Positions 1 to 9,350 of a stretch of 40,252 nucleotides of DNA are shown here, in pieces (positions within the stretch are counted from its first letter, which is position 1; the number at the start of each line of letters is the position of its first letter). The translations under genes were made by a program, and so were the position numbers. Under the pieces are notes generated by a model. It was given only the letters and a program-made list of their open reading frames with translations. It was not told the origin of the DNA and made no database searches. Source of the stretch: a virus. The stretch spans positions 1 to 40,252 of IMG/VR virus record IMGVR_UViG_3300046710_000196. One strand, 5' to 3'.

Positions 1-127
1 AAATCCTTAAATCGGCCACGAAGCTGATCAAAGAGATTAACTCCGGCGGCCTGAGCGAAGAACTTTTCGACGAGATGGCCGGGCTGGTGGCAGAGACATT
101 CGGGAACCAGTTCTCAGCCGAGGAACT
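1..127. repeat. Terminal direct repeat, copy 1 (identical to 40126..40252); contig closes into a 40125-bp circle
   Basis: Compared base by base: 1..127 equals 40126..40252. An ORF starting at 40035 reads through the junction without interruption. Confidence 0.95.
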
Positions 128-266
128 GGACAACGGGTCGGACATCGGAGAAATGATCCTGGTGTTGAACATGGTGATCGCCCGAGCGGTGGGAGTGATG
201 GGAAAAAACGCACTTCCCCCGGAACAGACCCCGGGGGAGGCGGCCCGCCCGACGAAAACTGGATGA
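1..266 (+). CDS. Tail assembly chaperone (gpG-like), 3' part of a 118-aa ORF that starts at 40035 and wraps the contig junction
   Basis: Codon phase starts at base 3 and the stop TGA is at 264-266. It lies between the major tail protein and the tape measure. It is a small acidic protein (..EELFDEMAGLVAETFGNQFSAEELDNGSD..), typical for siphophage chaperones. Confidence 0.8.
   Translation, partial: ILKSATKLIKEINSGGLSEELFDEMAGLVAETFGNQFSAEELDNGSDIGEMILVLNMVIARAVGVMGKNALPPEQTPGEAARPTKTG
203..209 (+). promoter_or_regulatory. Candidate -1 programmed ribosomal frameshift slippery heptamer A_AAA_AAC
   Basis: In the zero frame the codons are gga(201) aaa(204) aac(207), so 203..209 reads A AAA AAC (X XXY YYZ). 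The -1 frame is open from 203 to the TGA at 422-424. Confidence 0.55.
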
Positions 267-424
267 TCGATATGGAAATTGCGCTGGCGCGAACGTTAGG
301 TTGGAGCCTGCACGATATCGATGCAACTGATAGTTCGTCGCTTTTGGAGTTCGTTGCCAGGCTTACTGCGAATGGCGGAGCAGAACCCAAGAAAGTTTTT
401 GTAGATCAGGTAGATTGGTTATGA
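203..424 (+). CDS. -1 frame extension of the tail assembly chaperone (gpGT-like product); alternatively an independent 53-aa ORF from ATG 263
   Basis: I translated the -1 frame by hand: KKRTSPGTDPGGGGPPDENWMIDMEIALARTLGWSLHDIDATDSSSLLEFVARLTANGGAEPKKVFVDQVDWL*. It has ATGA overlaps at both ends (263-266 and 421-424). This is the conserved G/GT arrangement upstream of tape measure genes. Confidence 0.55.
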   Translation, partial: KKRTSPGTDPGGGGPPDENWMIDMEIALARTLGWSLHDIDATDSSSLLEFVARLTANGGAEPKKVFVDQVDWL

Positions 425-2628
425 GCGATCATCCTCTAAGCGCAAAAGTTGGATTAGAAACCACCGAGTTCAAAACCGGGGTAGCCGATCTGGGCCGGCA
501 GGTCAGGGTATTGGAAAGTGGATTTAAGGCAGTGGCGGCGGGTATGGGTGAGTGGGATAAAACGTCCGCCGGCCTGGAAGCGCGCAACAAATCCCTAACC
601 CTGGTGATCGAGAAACAGAAGCAAACCGTGGCGGCTTACACAACCGAGCTGCAAAGAATGACAGAAGGCGGCAAGGCATCAAGTACGGCGCTTGGAAATA
701 TGGAGATCAAGCTCAATAACGCGACGGCATCACTTAACAAGAATGAATACGAGCTGGGGCAGAATAGCACGGCGCTAAAGAATCTCGCAAGCGGTCAAAC
801 CAAGGCCGGGGCAGCGACGCTGAATCTCAAAGGCCAGTTAGGGCAGTTGGGGGGCGGAATAGGACAGGTGGTGCAAGGCCTGACCGGGATGAACCTGGGG
901 ATGCTGGGTGTGGCCGGTTTGGCAGCGGCTGCTGCCAACGAGATGCGCAAGTCAGTCACCGAAACCCTGGCCTACTCGAACCAGGTGCGCGACCTGGCCC
1001 GCAATGCCCACGTGAGCACCGAGGAAGCCAGCCGCATGATCCAGGTGGCCGATGACCTCAAGGTTGAATACAGCACTCTGACATCTGCGCTGAAAGCGGC
1101 CAATCAAGAGGGTTTTATCCTCAACCTGGATACCCTGGCGAAACTCTCTGATCAATATCTGGCAATCCAAGACCCGATTGCTAAAAATGCGTTTGCCCTT
1201 AAAAACCTAGGCAAGCAGTGGCAGGACCTAACCAAGTTCCTGGAGGCTGGCGGCGATAAAATCCGTGAGATGGCCGCCGATCAATCCAGCTCCCTGATAC
1301 TCACGGAGGCGCAGGTCAAATCGGCGCGAGAACTGGAAATACAGACAGACTCACTATCAGACAGTTGGCAGGGGCTAAAGTACACGATTGGTAATGCGGT
1401 GATCCCCACCCTCGCCGACCTGTTGGGCTCATTTAATAAAACGCTATCAGTAACCGAGCAGCTCACTAAAGCGGTCAAAGATGGCATCATCACGAGCGAG
1501 GAGTATCGCAATATCCAACAACAGCGGTCGCTTAGCACGTTTGACGAAGCCCAGATGGTTGAGGATTTGGCGCGCAAAACTAAAAATTATAACGATGAAG
1601 TAGGGCGACTTACCCAAAGCCAGGGATTTAATACAAAGCAGAGCAACGACCAAACTGTGGCGATTAGAAAAACCTCTCAGGCGATGGATGATCAGGCTCA
1701 AGAAATACAGAGCATTATCGATGCCATAAAAGCCGCCAACGACGCGACGACAAAGTATAACAATTCGACACTGACTGGAGCGGAGCAGGTATTCAGACTC
1801 GAGCAAGACCATAACCAATACATTATCGACTCCTCTGCGAAGCGCGGTGAACTTGAGGACGAACTTGCAAAACTGCGCAAGCAGGGATATTGGGAGACTA
1901 GCACCCAAGTCCAGGGTGTGAAAACAAGCCTGGAAAAACTTGACGGCGAGATTGCCGTCAATAAAACGAAATTTGACCAAGCGTCTTATGCAATCGTTGC
2001 TAATTTATTGACCCAAAAGCTTGCCGCAGATGGGGTGTTGAGCGACGAGGACATGAATAAGATATTCGCCTACGAACAATCGCATGGGCTTATGTCGCAG
2101 GCGGCCATAGATGACTGGAAAGCGATGGAGGGCGAGGCCGCGATTTATGCCCTGCAGTATACCAGCATGCCGGACAAAACTATCACCATCACCACAAATT
2201 ATCACGACGTTCACACAGGATCCGGATCGAGTGGGTCGGGTGGTTTATCGGACTATGGTCACTATGACGATCAGGGCAAGTGGATCCCAGGAGCGGCAAA
2301 GGGACTGAGTGACTTTGTGGTGCCTGCGGGTTACCCGAGCGACTCGTATCGCCTTGGCCTGACCAGCGGAGAGCATGTCACGGTCACACCGGCGGACCAG
2401 GTGGCGCAGATGGCGCGGGGGATGAGCGCAGCGGTGGCCGGGTTGGCGGGGTTGTCTATGAACGTCAATGTCAATGGCTCGGCCGGCGGCGGTGGCGCAC
2501 GCGCCGGAAATCAGATCAGCCTGGGCGGCATCCATATCACTGTCAGCGGCGGCGGAGACTCCCGCGCTATCAGCCAGGCTGCCGAGCAGGGTGTGCGCAG
2601 CGCTTTGCGAGCGACTGGAGTGATCTAA
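421..2628 (+). CDS. Tape measure protein
   Basis: A ~735-aa ORF lies directly after the chaperone pair. It is long and Ala/Gln/Leu/Lys-rich with helical character and a Gly-rich C-terminal part. The ORF-track start 415 is TTG; ATG 421 overlaps the upstream stop (ATGA). Confidence 0.8.
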   Translation: MSDHPLSAKVGLETTEFKTGVADLGRQVRVLESGFKAVAAGMGEWDKTSAGLEARNKSLTLVIEKQKQTVAAYTTELQRMTEGGKASSTALGNMEIKLNNATASLNKNEYELGQNSTALKNLASGQTKAGAATLNLKGQLGQLGGGIGQVVQGLTGMNLGMLGVAGLAAAAANEMRKSVTETLAYSNQVRDLARNAHVSTEEASRMIQVADDLKVEYSTLTSALKAANQEGFILNLDTLAKLSDQYLAIQDPIAKNAFALKNLGKQWQDLTKFLEAGGDKIREMAADQSSSLILTEAQVKSARELEIQTDSLSDSWQGLKYTIGNAVIPTLADLLGSFNKTLSVTEQLTKAVKDGIITSEEYRNIQQQRSLSTFDEAQMVEDLARKTKNYNDEVGRLTQSQGFNTKQSNDQTVAIRKTSQAMDDQAQEIQSIIDAIKAANDATTKYNNSTLTGAEQVFRLEQDHNQYIIDSSAKRGELEDELAKLRKQGYWETSTQVQGVKTSLEKLDGEIAVNKTKFDQASYAIVANLLTQKLAADGVLSDEDMNKIFAYEQSHGLMSQAAIDDWKAMEGEAAIYALQYTSMPDKTITITTNYHDVHTGSGSSGSGGLSDYGHYDDQGKWIPGAAKGLSDFVVPAGYPSDSYRLGLTSGEHVTVTPADQVAQMARGMSAAVAGLAGLSMNVNVNGSAGGGGARAGNQISLGGIHITVSGGGDSRAISQAAEQGVRSALRATGVI

Positions 2629-3492
2629 ATGTATCGACTGATCCGCTTCGGAACCACAGACCTGGAATACCGAAACCAGATAGACACCATCGGCAGCGGG
2701 CCCACGCCGGTCAATTATTTCAACCTGCCCGAGGGCGGCGCCATCGATGGCTTCGGGTCGGCGGATAAAAATCCAGGCATGGTGGAGCGGGTAAAGCAGA
2801 CGCAGTTATCCGCCAGAACGGACCTGGCATTGGCCAATCTGTTCTACGGCCTGATGGCGCTGCGCGGAAAGCGCGACAAGCTCTTCCGGCGCACCAGCCA
2901 GGGATATTACCAATGGCAATATGCCAGGTTGATAGAGATCGTCGCCAGCCGCGATTACCAACTTACACGTTATCAATGGATCCAGGACATAGAACTGCAT
3001 TTTGCCTGCCAAGATGCGTTCTGGCGAGGCCGTAACCGACGTTTCTGGACGCTGAACAGTGGAGTAAAACTGAATAGCGGTTATTCCCTGAATCCTTTAC
3101 AAGTATATGCATTGGCGACCAGTCCAGCAGCGGTCACCTTCACGGTTGGTGCGACCACAGATGCCGGCCGGGCAGCAGTGCGGTCAATGCAGATCATTGT
3201 ATCCGCCGGCGCCGCATCCATGAGCAACGTTACCATTGCCCGGACAGGCGGCGAAAGCCTGACCTATACCGGAACGATCCCCTCCGGTGGTCAGCTCATC
3301 ATCGATACGGGTACGATGCAGGTGAGCTGCACTGGCGTCTCAGGAGCCTACGTCAATCTGACTTTCAACCCGGCGGCGGATATGGCCGCCTGGTTCACCC
3401 TTGTTCCGGGTAGTAATACGGTTACCATCACGTACACCGGCGGTGGGACAGGCAAGGCGATTGAGTTTGTTTTCAACGATTGTTGGTATTAG
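2629..3492 (+). CDS. Distal tail protein (Dit-like)
   Basis: This 287-aa ORF abuts the tape measure stop (TAAATG). The call rests on position and size only. Confidence 0.5.
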   Translation: MYRLIRFGTTDLEYRNQIDTIGSGPTPVNYFNLPEGGAIDGFGSADKNPGMVERVKQTQLSARTDLALANLFYGLMALRGKRDKLFRRTSQGYYQWQYARLIEIVASRDYQLTRYQWIQDIELHFACQDAFWRGRNRRFWTLNSGVKLNSGYSLNPLQVYALATSPAAVTFTVGATTDAGRAAVRSMQIIVSAGAASMSNVTIARTGGESLTYTGTIPSGGQLIIDTGTMQVSCTGVSGAYVNLTFNPAADMAAWFTLVPGSNTVTITYTGGGTGKAIEFVFNDCWY

Positions 3493-3541
3493 CACCCTTA
3501 CGGGTGTCCGAAGCGGATACCCCTACGGGTATTCCGAAGCG
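3493..3541 (+). repeat. Two tandem copies of a hairpin-containing repeat (..ACGGGTnTyCCGAAGCG)
   Basis: The copies are cacccttacgggtgtccgaagcg (3493-3515) and atacccctacgggtattccgaagcg (3517-3541). Each forms a 5-6 bp stem with a 4-nt loop. They are followed by RBS taaggaga and ATG 3555. Confidence 0.7.
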
Positions 3542-3554
3542 TAAGGAGACATGA

Positions 3555-6242
3555 ATGAGCCCAGCAAATAACCACACAGATATTGCAGCGGGAGCGGACG
3601 CGGACAATTCTACGTTTAATGACCCTCTGGGGCAGCTTGATGCTGCCATCGGCGCGGCGGTTTCTACCCTGAATACTGCAGCTAAAACGCTGGTAGGAGC
3701 TACCAACGAGGTGAATACTCGAATAAGTGGATCGGTTGATGCCGATGGAACGCTCAAGGCCGGGGCCGTGGATGGATCAACCGTCATTACAGATGGAGTT
3801 GTCACTGATGCAAAAATGGCAACGGATGCAAAGGTGGGCAGCCTGGCAACTCTCGGAACACCGCTCAAAAGCAGCATTATTGCCGCGCTTGGCACGGCGA
3901 TACCAACCACAGTTGCGAAGTCGGCATTCGGGGCAATAAATGAGTTAAAGAGCCTGATATCGCTGATTGGGACAGGTGGACAAAAGATCTATGGCGTGCT
4001 GTGGGATAAATCATCTAACCCGGTTTTGACCCGAACCGATTCGGCGGTCGGGATGGTCGCTGCCGCCGGCGTGGATGCGGGGATAGTCACGAATGATTTC
4101 GATAGCGCCGAAATCTACCGGGACATCGTTGAGGTGACAGACAGTTATGGGAATGTATTCGTGCGCATCCCGAGTTTCTACATCGAAAAAACCAGCGGGG
4201 CGATGGTAACCTGGCGCATTTCGAAGATATCTTTCGGATCCGCCTATATGCCGAAGTGTTTTATCGCTACGGACGGGTCGATTTTACCCTATGTGGATGT
4301 TGGCAAATACAACGCCTCGCTCAGTACGGACACCACCAGAATTGAGAGCAAGGCCGAAACATTCCCATTGATCAATAAAACCATTGCAGAGTTCCGGACC
4401 TACGCAAGCGCGAATAGAACGGATTATCAACAACTAGACGTCCATATTTGGGATGTGTTGCAAGTTTTATTCCTGGTCGAGTTCGCGACGCTCAATTCGC
4501 AGAGCATCATGGCGGGCTGGAGCCTGGGCAATTACACGGCCACATACGTCGCAACGGTTGCAGAAAGCGCAGTAAATCGGATCATCCTGGCCAATGCCAA
4601 CGCGGCCCATTTTGCGGTCGGGATGCCGATTGCAGTTGGCACAGCCCTGGGCGGGAATCAGAGGTTTTATGGTCGCCTGATCACTGCGATCGACGTCTAT
4701 GACGGCAGCAACAAGGCTATCTCATTCGATGGGGCGCCGGTCAATATTTCTATAGGCGATATGCTATATAACACGGGCTGGAAATCCGGTTTCAGCTCTG
4801 CGATCGTTGCAAAATCAGGCGGGCCGGTTTCTTTGAGTAGCGGCGTGAAACCTTGCATGTATCGCGGGATTGAGAATCCGTGGGGGAGCGTATGGCAATG
4901 GGCGGATGGTCTCAACGTCTTGGATAATCATGGATGGGTTTGTGCAGATCAGAAACAGTTCGCCAGCGATCTGTTTGCAGCGCCTTACGAGGTGTTGGCT
5001 TACGTGAATGGCAACGCTAACGGGTATATCTCTGCGCTTGGGTATGACCCAGCGCACCCAGGCATCTCACTCCCTACGGGTGTAATTGGGTCTGCCACCA
5101 CCTATTACTCAGATTCATACTATCAGACGACCGGGGGCAAGGTTGCCTGTATTGGGGGATCGCACAATTTGACAACGCCCGTCGGCCTGTTCTGCAAGGC
5201 GTTGCACTATCCATCTACGTTAATTTCTTCTGTCAATGGAGCAAGGCTTTGCCGAAAGGCGAGCACGATGGAATTGAGCGGTTTCAACATAGTGGAATTA
5301 CCGGACGAGCACATGCGGCATACAACGCCGAGTCTGGATCACTTCTTCACCGATCAAACCGCATGGCTGGCGGCCAATGCCGCCAGGCTGAACATAAAAT
5401 TTGTCACCCAGATTGGAGACGTTGTCGATGACACCACTGGAGGCGACTCATACAAGGCGACCGAGTACGTGGCCGCCGATGCCGGGATAACCGCGCTGGG
5501 AAACAGTTTGCCGTTTATGGTCAGTTTGGGCAATCACGATTCAGATCTGGCTACGGGTCATCCTGAATACGGTCGCAACACAACGCTATTTAACGGGACG
5601 TTCCCGCAAGCCAGGTACACTAGCATGTCGTGGTGGTCTGGAGGATTTTACGAAGGCAGCAAAACCGATAATGCTTACTATCTGGCGACGATCGCAGGAA
5701 TCGATTACCTGTTCCTTTCGATAGAATGCGGTCCACGGCAGGAAGTTGTGGATTGGGCGATTACCTTGTGCGGGACGACTTATCCTAACCGCAAGGTAAT
5801 TCTGCTGACCCACGCGTTCACGTTCTCCAAAGACGCGGGCGGACTGGGCGGCGGCACGGATGGAGACGGGCACCCGGCTACGACAGGGGACGAGTATGAA
5901 ACCGATGGTTGGACAGGCTCAAATCATCCGGCCACGCATAATGGGTTACAGCTGTGGAATGAGCTGGTAAAAACTAGCGCTAACATTATCCTGGTAATTT
6001 CAGGACACCACTTACTCGACGGTTTTGCAGGCGGGGCGCATTCGGTGGCAGCCGCGGACGATGGGCACAAGGTAGTGCGAGTCATCGCAAACTATCAGGT
6101 AGGAACCAACGCCGGATCGGGCTATTTTAGGATTTATAACGTGGACCCGGTAAAACATACGATCAGCTGGTGGTCCTATTCGCCGGCGCTGAATTCCTGG
6201 CTAACAGACGCCGAAAACCAATGTTCAGTGAGCACCATTTAG
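3555..6242 (+). CDS. Large tail fibre / receptor-binding protein with a C-terminal calcineurin-like metallophosphoesterase domain
   Basis: 895 aa. The N-terminus is Ala/Thr/Gly-rich and fibre-like. The central part carries the motif YRGIENPWGSVWQWADG. The C-terminal ~325 aa (nt 5268..6239) carry the ordered motifs PDEH, IGDVVDD, LGNHD, LLTHAF and SGHH. Confidence 0.7.
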   Translation: MSPANNHTDIAAGADADNSTFNDPLGQLDAAIGAAVSTLNTAAKTLVGATNEVNTRISGSVDADGTLKAGAVDGSTVITDGVVTDAKMATDAKVGSLATLGTPLKSSIIAALGTAIPTTVAKSAFGAINELKSLISLIGTGGQKIYGVLWDKSSNPVLTRTDSAVGMVAAAGVDAGIVTNDFDSAEIYRDIVEVTDSYGNVFVRIPSFYIEKTSGAMVTWRISKISFGSAYMPKCFIATDGSILPYVDVGKYNASLSTDTTRIESKAETFPLINKTIAEFRTYASANRTDYQQLDVHIWDVLQVLFLVEFATLNSQSIMAGWSLGNYTATYVATVAESAVNRIILANANAAHFAVGMPIAVGTALGGNQRFYGRLITAIDVYDGSNKAISFDGAPVNISIGDMLYNTGWKSGFSSAIVAKSGGPVSLSSGVKPCMYRGIENPWGSVWQWADGLNVLDNHGWVCADQKQFASDLFAAPYEVLAYVNGNANGYISALGYDPAHPGISLPTGVIGSATTYYSDSYYQTTGGKVACIGGSHNLTTPVGLFCKALHYPSTLISSVNGARLCRKASTMELSGFNIVELPDEHMRHTTPSLDHFFTDQTAWLAANAARLNIKFVTQIGDVVDDTTGGDSYKATEYVAADAGITALGNSLPFMVSLGNHDSDLATGHPEYGRNTTLFNGTFPQARYTSMSWWSGGFYEGSKTDNAYYLATIAGIDYLFLSIECGPRQEVVDWAITLCGTTYPNRKVILLTHAFTFSKDAGGLGGGTDGDGHPATTGDEYETDGWTGSNHPATHNGLQLWNELVKTSANIILVISGHHLLDGFAGGAHSVAAADDGHKVVRVIANYQVGTNAGSGYFRIYNVDPVKHTISWWSYSPALNSWLTDAENQCSVSTI

Positions 6243-6252
6243 AGCGGCAGCA

Positions 6253-8100
6253 ATGGGCATACAGAACTTCTGGGTCGACATTGAGGATAGTAGTGGCGCC
6301 AGGTGCGGCAGCGGGCCGCTGCGGGCAGCAGGGTTCACGATCTCGAAACTGCTATCCGCCTCAGGGGAGTTTTCCTTTGACATTTCTGGCGCAGATGCCA
6401 ACCTGGCGGCACTGGCGGTCAAGCGGGTGGCCATTTGCCGGTATGTCGAGGGAGGAACGGTCAAGGTGTTTGGTGGGGGTGTGATCGATAAGATCACTGC
6501 CGAAATAACCACCGGCGGCCTCGTTTATACCGTGACCGGAAATGACATCTTGCGAGAGCTGACTTACCGATCGGTGGGGTCGTTGGCGCTGGAGAGCAGC
6601 GGCGCAGGCGTGACAAATGGCCCAAGCCAGGTGATGGCCCTGGCGCCGGCCGGCTGGACGCTCACCGGCGGGACCACAACAACGCCGGTCTACGTGGGCT
6701 ACGATGGCGAGAGCGTGCTCACTGCCCTGGTCGGGATTGGGGCGAAGATCGGAGAGCATTGGCGGCTCGGATCCGGACGGGAGATTGTCTGGCTGGGTCC
6801 GGCGAGCGGGTTTGTCAGCTCTGGCGTGCGAGCCGTGCAGCACGTCAACGACCCGGTAGCAGCTGAGGATGCGGATGATATTGCGGTCATCTCGTCCCTG
6901 GAAGAGGAAGCTGACGCCACCGACCTGATCACCCGCATCATTCCACGCGGAAGCGGAACCGGGAGCACCATTTTGACATTGGCGGCGGCGACCGATACGG
7001 CGCCGGCCGGGTACACCCTAGACAAGCCCAATAATTTTCTCAAATATGACGCCGGGGAAACCGCGCATGGGCGGATCGAGCGGGTGGTGGATTTTAAAGA
7101 CATCGGCCCCCTGACGAACACCACGGTCGACGTCCAGTCAGCGGCCAACGCCCTGCTGGAAAATGGGTACCAATATTTGAGGCTGTATGGGGCGGCGCAT
7201 AAGTTTTACAAACTTGAGCTGGCATCTGTCAACCAGATCCTGGAGCCTGGCACGCTGCTGCGGGTGGTTTACCGCCAGCTCGTGGATGGCGCCGTGGTTT
7301 ATGACCTGGATAATGATTTCATCATCCTCTCGGTCAAACAATCGCTGGACCCGACCGGGTTGCACACCACGCAGGTGGAGGTAGCAACCATCGATCGGAT
7401 GCCGGACAGCGATGGGGCTTACATGGCCAGCCAGGTGGCGAGCTCGAGGATCTTGTCGGTCCACCAACAGCTTGGGCCATCGGTGGATACGCTGACCTGG
7501 CGGGACGAGCTGGATGATAGCTACCCGGCGAGCTTCCGCTTCTGGTTGGGGAGCGAGTACACGACGATCCGGCAGGCCATGCTGAGGTTTAAGATCCAGC
7601 CGCTTCGATCGACGGTTAAGTCGGTGGGTGCCACATCCACTACCACCTCATCTGGAGGTGCCGGAACGTGGACCGCCACTGATGAGATTTCGTGGGGAAG
7701 CGACAACACTTCTGTCCCATTGCCATTTTCCGAGCTAGAGCATCATCATGCGATTGGCGCTACTATGCACTCGCACCCTGTGGACATCCCCAGCCATACG
7801 CACGATGTAACGGCCGCGATTGTCGCCACTTATGGCATCTTTGCTGAGAGCGGCGGTAATACATTAGTTATTGGTAACCTGGTGATCACGCTCAACGGCG
7901 GGGCAGATCTGGCCAGCTCTGTGGTCGACATCGGGAACGGCTGGTATGCGCTGGATATCAGCGCCGGGTTGGTCGATGCTATTTTTAGACCGGTACAGGA
8001 AAACAATGAGATCGTGATTTCCACCGGCACTGCTAAAACAGCCCGGTTGGAAGCGCAGCTGACTATCAGCGGCGTCGTGCAGGCGGTCAGTTATGCATAG
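6253..8100 (+). CDS. Tail tip / baseplate-hub-like structural protein with a His-x-His cluster
   Basis: This 615-aa ORF lies in the tail module. It contains a His-rich segment, LEHHHAIGATMHSHPVDIPSHTHDV (nt ~7741-7806). The call rests on position. Confidence 0.55.
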   Translation: MGIQNFWVDIEDSSGARCGSGPLRAAGFTISKLLSASGEFSFDISGADANLAALAVKRVAICRYVEGGTVKVFGGGVIDKITAEITTGGLVYTVTGNDILRELTYRSVGSLALESSGAGVTNGPSQVMALAPAGWTLTGGTTTTPVYVGYDGESVLTALVGIGAKIGEHWRLGSGREIVWLGPASGFVSSGVRAVQHVNDPVAAEDADDIAVISSLEEEADATDLITRIIPRGSGTGSTILTLAAATDTAPAGYTLDKPNNFLKYDAGETAHGRIERVVDFKDIGPLTNTTVDVQSAANALLENGYQYLRLYGAAHKFYKLELASVNQILEPGTLLRVVYRQLVDGAVVYDLDNDFIILSVKQSLDPTGLHTTQVEVATIDRMPDSDGAYMASQVASSRILSVHQQLGPSVDTLTWRDELDDSYPASFRFWLGSEYTTIRQAMLRFKIQPLRSTVKSVGATSTTTSSGGAGTWTATDEISWGSDNTSVPLPFSELEHHHAIGATMHSHPVDIPSHTHDVTAAIVATYGIFAESGGNTLVIGNLVITLNGGADLASSVVDIGNGWYALDISAGLVDAIFRPVQENNEIVISTGTAKTARLEAQLTISGVVQAVSYA

Positions 8101-8118
8101 GTAGAAAGGACGACAAAA

Positions 8119-8979
8119 ATGACAATTGATCTGAAACAGTACGTACTGGGCCTGGATGTTTGGGAAGGCTCTGGAAATATCGATGAGGGCATCATCAAAG
8201 CCGCGGGGGTCGAATTTCTGATCGTCCGCATGAACCCATCATGGGGCGGTCTAGAATACGACAAAAACTTTTTGTCACAATGGGCGGAATGCTCCGGGCT
8301 GAAGCGTGCGGCTTATGTAGTGGTATCCCCGCTGAATGTTGGACACACTTTTACGCCCCTGGAGTACGTCAATTGGATCCTAGCGAAGAAGCCGCCGGAT
8401 TGTACCATCATCGCTCTGGACGTGGAAGTCGATGCAGCCAGGCTGTACAACGATCCGTTCATCACGCCACAGTATTATTCCGCCTTCCTGGCAGGTATCT
8501 TCGCCGGTTTGCACGCAGCCGGGGTAACTTGCATTCAATATTCCGGGGCCTGGTTTTACGCAATGGTCAAACCCTGGGTCAAACCAGATTACATTTTCCA
8601 ATGGTGGGCCAGATACATGACGGCAGTTCAACCAGCGGTTCCAAGGAATGCTCAGGGCAATCTAATATTTCCAGTCAGCACCTGGCCGGTGTTGATGGCC
8701 AAGATCGCCGGGATGAGTTGGACGCCGCTGACAACTGGGTTCACAGAAGCCATGACTGGGAGGATTGTAATCTGGCAGGTTACGAGCGTTTTTGTGCTGC
8801 CTGGCTGTCCCTACAACCAGCCAGTGGACGTCAATATCATGCTCAGGACTGATTTTGAGCGGATATTCGGAACATCACCGGTCGTCATCCCACCGGTCAT
8901 CCCGCCAGTATTACTTACAGACGCGCAGGTTATCGCCCAGCTCGTATCCGATTGGCGAAAAGCGCACCCGGGACAATGA
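8119..8979 (+). CDS. Endolysin, GH25-type muramidase-like
   Basis: The N-terminus reads LGLDVWEGSGNIDEGIIKAAGVEFLIVRM. Further motifs are IIALDVEVD and IVIWQVTS...PVDVNIM, matching the GH25 pattern (GiDvS.wqG.idw..vk..gv.F..ik; lDvE; WQy...vDlN). RBS aaagga is present. Confidence 0.7.
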   Translation: MTIDLKQYVLGLDVWEGSGNIDEGIIKAAGVEFLIVRMNPSWGGLEYDKNFLSQWAECSGLKRAAYVVVSPLNVGHTFTPLEYVNWILAKKPPDCTIIALDVEVDAARLYNDPFITPQYYSAFLAGIFAGLHAAGVTCIQYSGAWFYAMVKPWVKPDYIFQWWARYMTAVQPAVPRNAQGNLIFPVSTWPVLMAKIAGMSWTPLTTGFTEAMTGRIVIWQVTSVFVLPGCPYNQPVDVNIMLRTDFERIFGTSPVVIPPVIPPVLLTDAQVIAQLVSDWRKAHPGQ

Positions 8980-9066
8980 CCAGGTGAACGGTGACGTCTG
9001 GGAGCAGGTCGGCGGCCTATGGATCGCCAAAAAGTACCAGGGGCAGATCCTGGCGGAGTAGCGCAA

Positions 9067-9093
9067 ATCGCCCGGGTTGTCTACCCGGGTGAT
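9067..9093. terminator. Hairpin between convergent genes (possible bidirectional terminator)
   Basis: atcgcccggg (9067-76) pairs with cccgggtgat (9084-93): 10 bp including one G-T, with a 7-nt loop. The stop codon of the minus-strand gene (9081-83) sits in the loop. The U tracts are weak. Confidence 0.35.
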
Positions 9094-9350
9094 TTGAGAG
9101 GTGGAATTTTAGCGAGGCGCTTATGGACCTCGGCGATGATCAGTTCGACCTCGGCGACGTCCTGGAGGTAACGGTAGGCGGTAGACCGGTTCCCGAGGTC
9201 GAGGAGGTTGGCGATTTCTTGGAGAGTGATCCCCTCCAGGTAACCAACGCGGCTGAGCTCGTATAGGGCCGCCACACAGGCGGCCCTGTGAATGTTTTTG
9301 GTGAGACCGGAGGGTCTAGGCGGCATGGCAATTATTTTTTTGCATGGCAA
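9081..9350 (-). CDS. Small HTH DNA-binding protein (regulator or possible recombination directionality factor)
   Basis: It carries the HTH-like segment ITLQEIANLLDLGNRSTAYRYLQDV. It is the last gene of the minus-strand operon. An alternative start is Met9 at 9326. Confidence 0.55.
   Translation of the reverse strand: MPCKKIIAMPPRPSGLTKNIHRAACVAALYELSRVGYLEGITLQEIANLLDLGNRSTAYRYLQDVAEVELIIAEVHKRLAKIPPLKSPG

Noticed and set aside
8241-8852. 203-aa plus-strand ORF in an alternative frame of the endolysin gene; similarly 22655..23317, 24332..24754 and 36037..36609
   Set aside because: They are out-of-frame overlaps with motif-bearing genes. Their translations are Arg/Ser/Gly-rich with no recognisable motifs.
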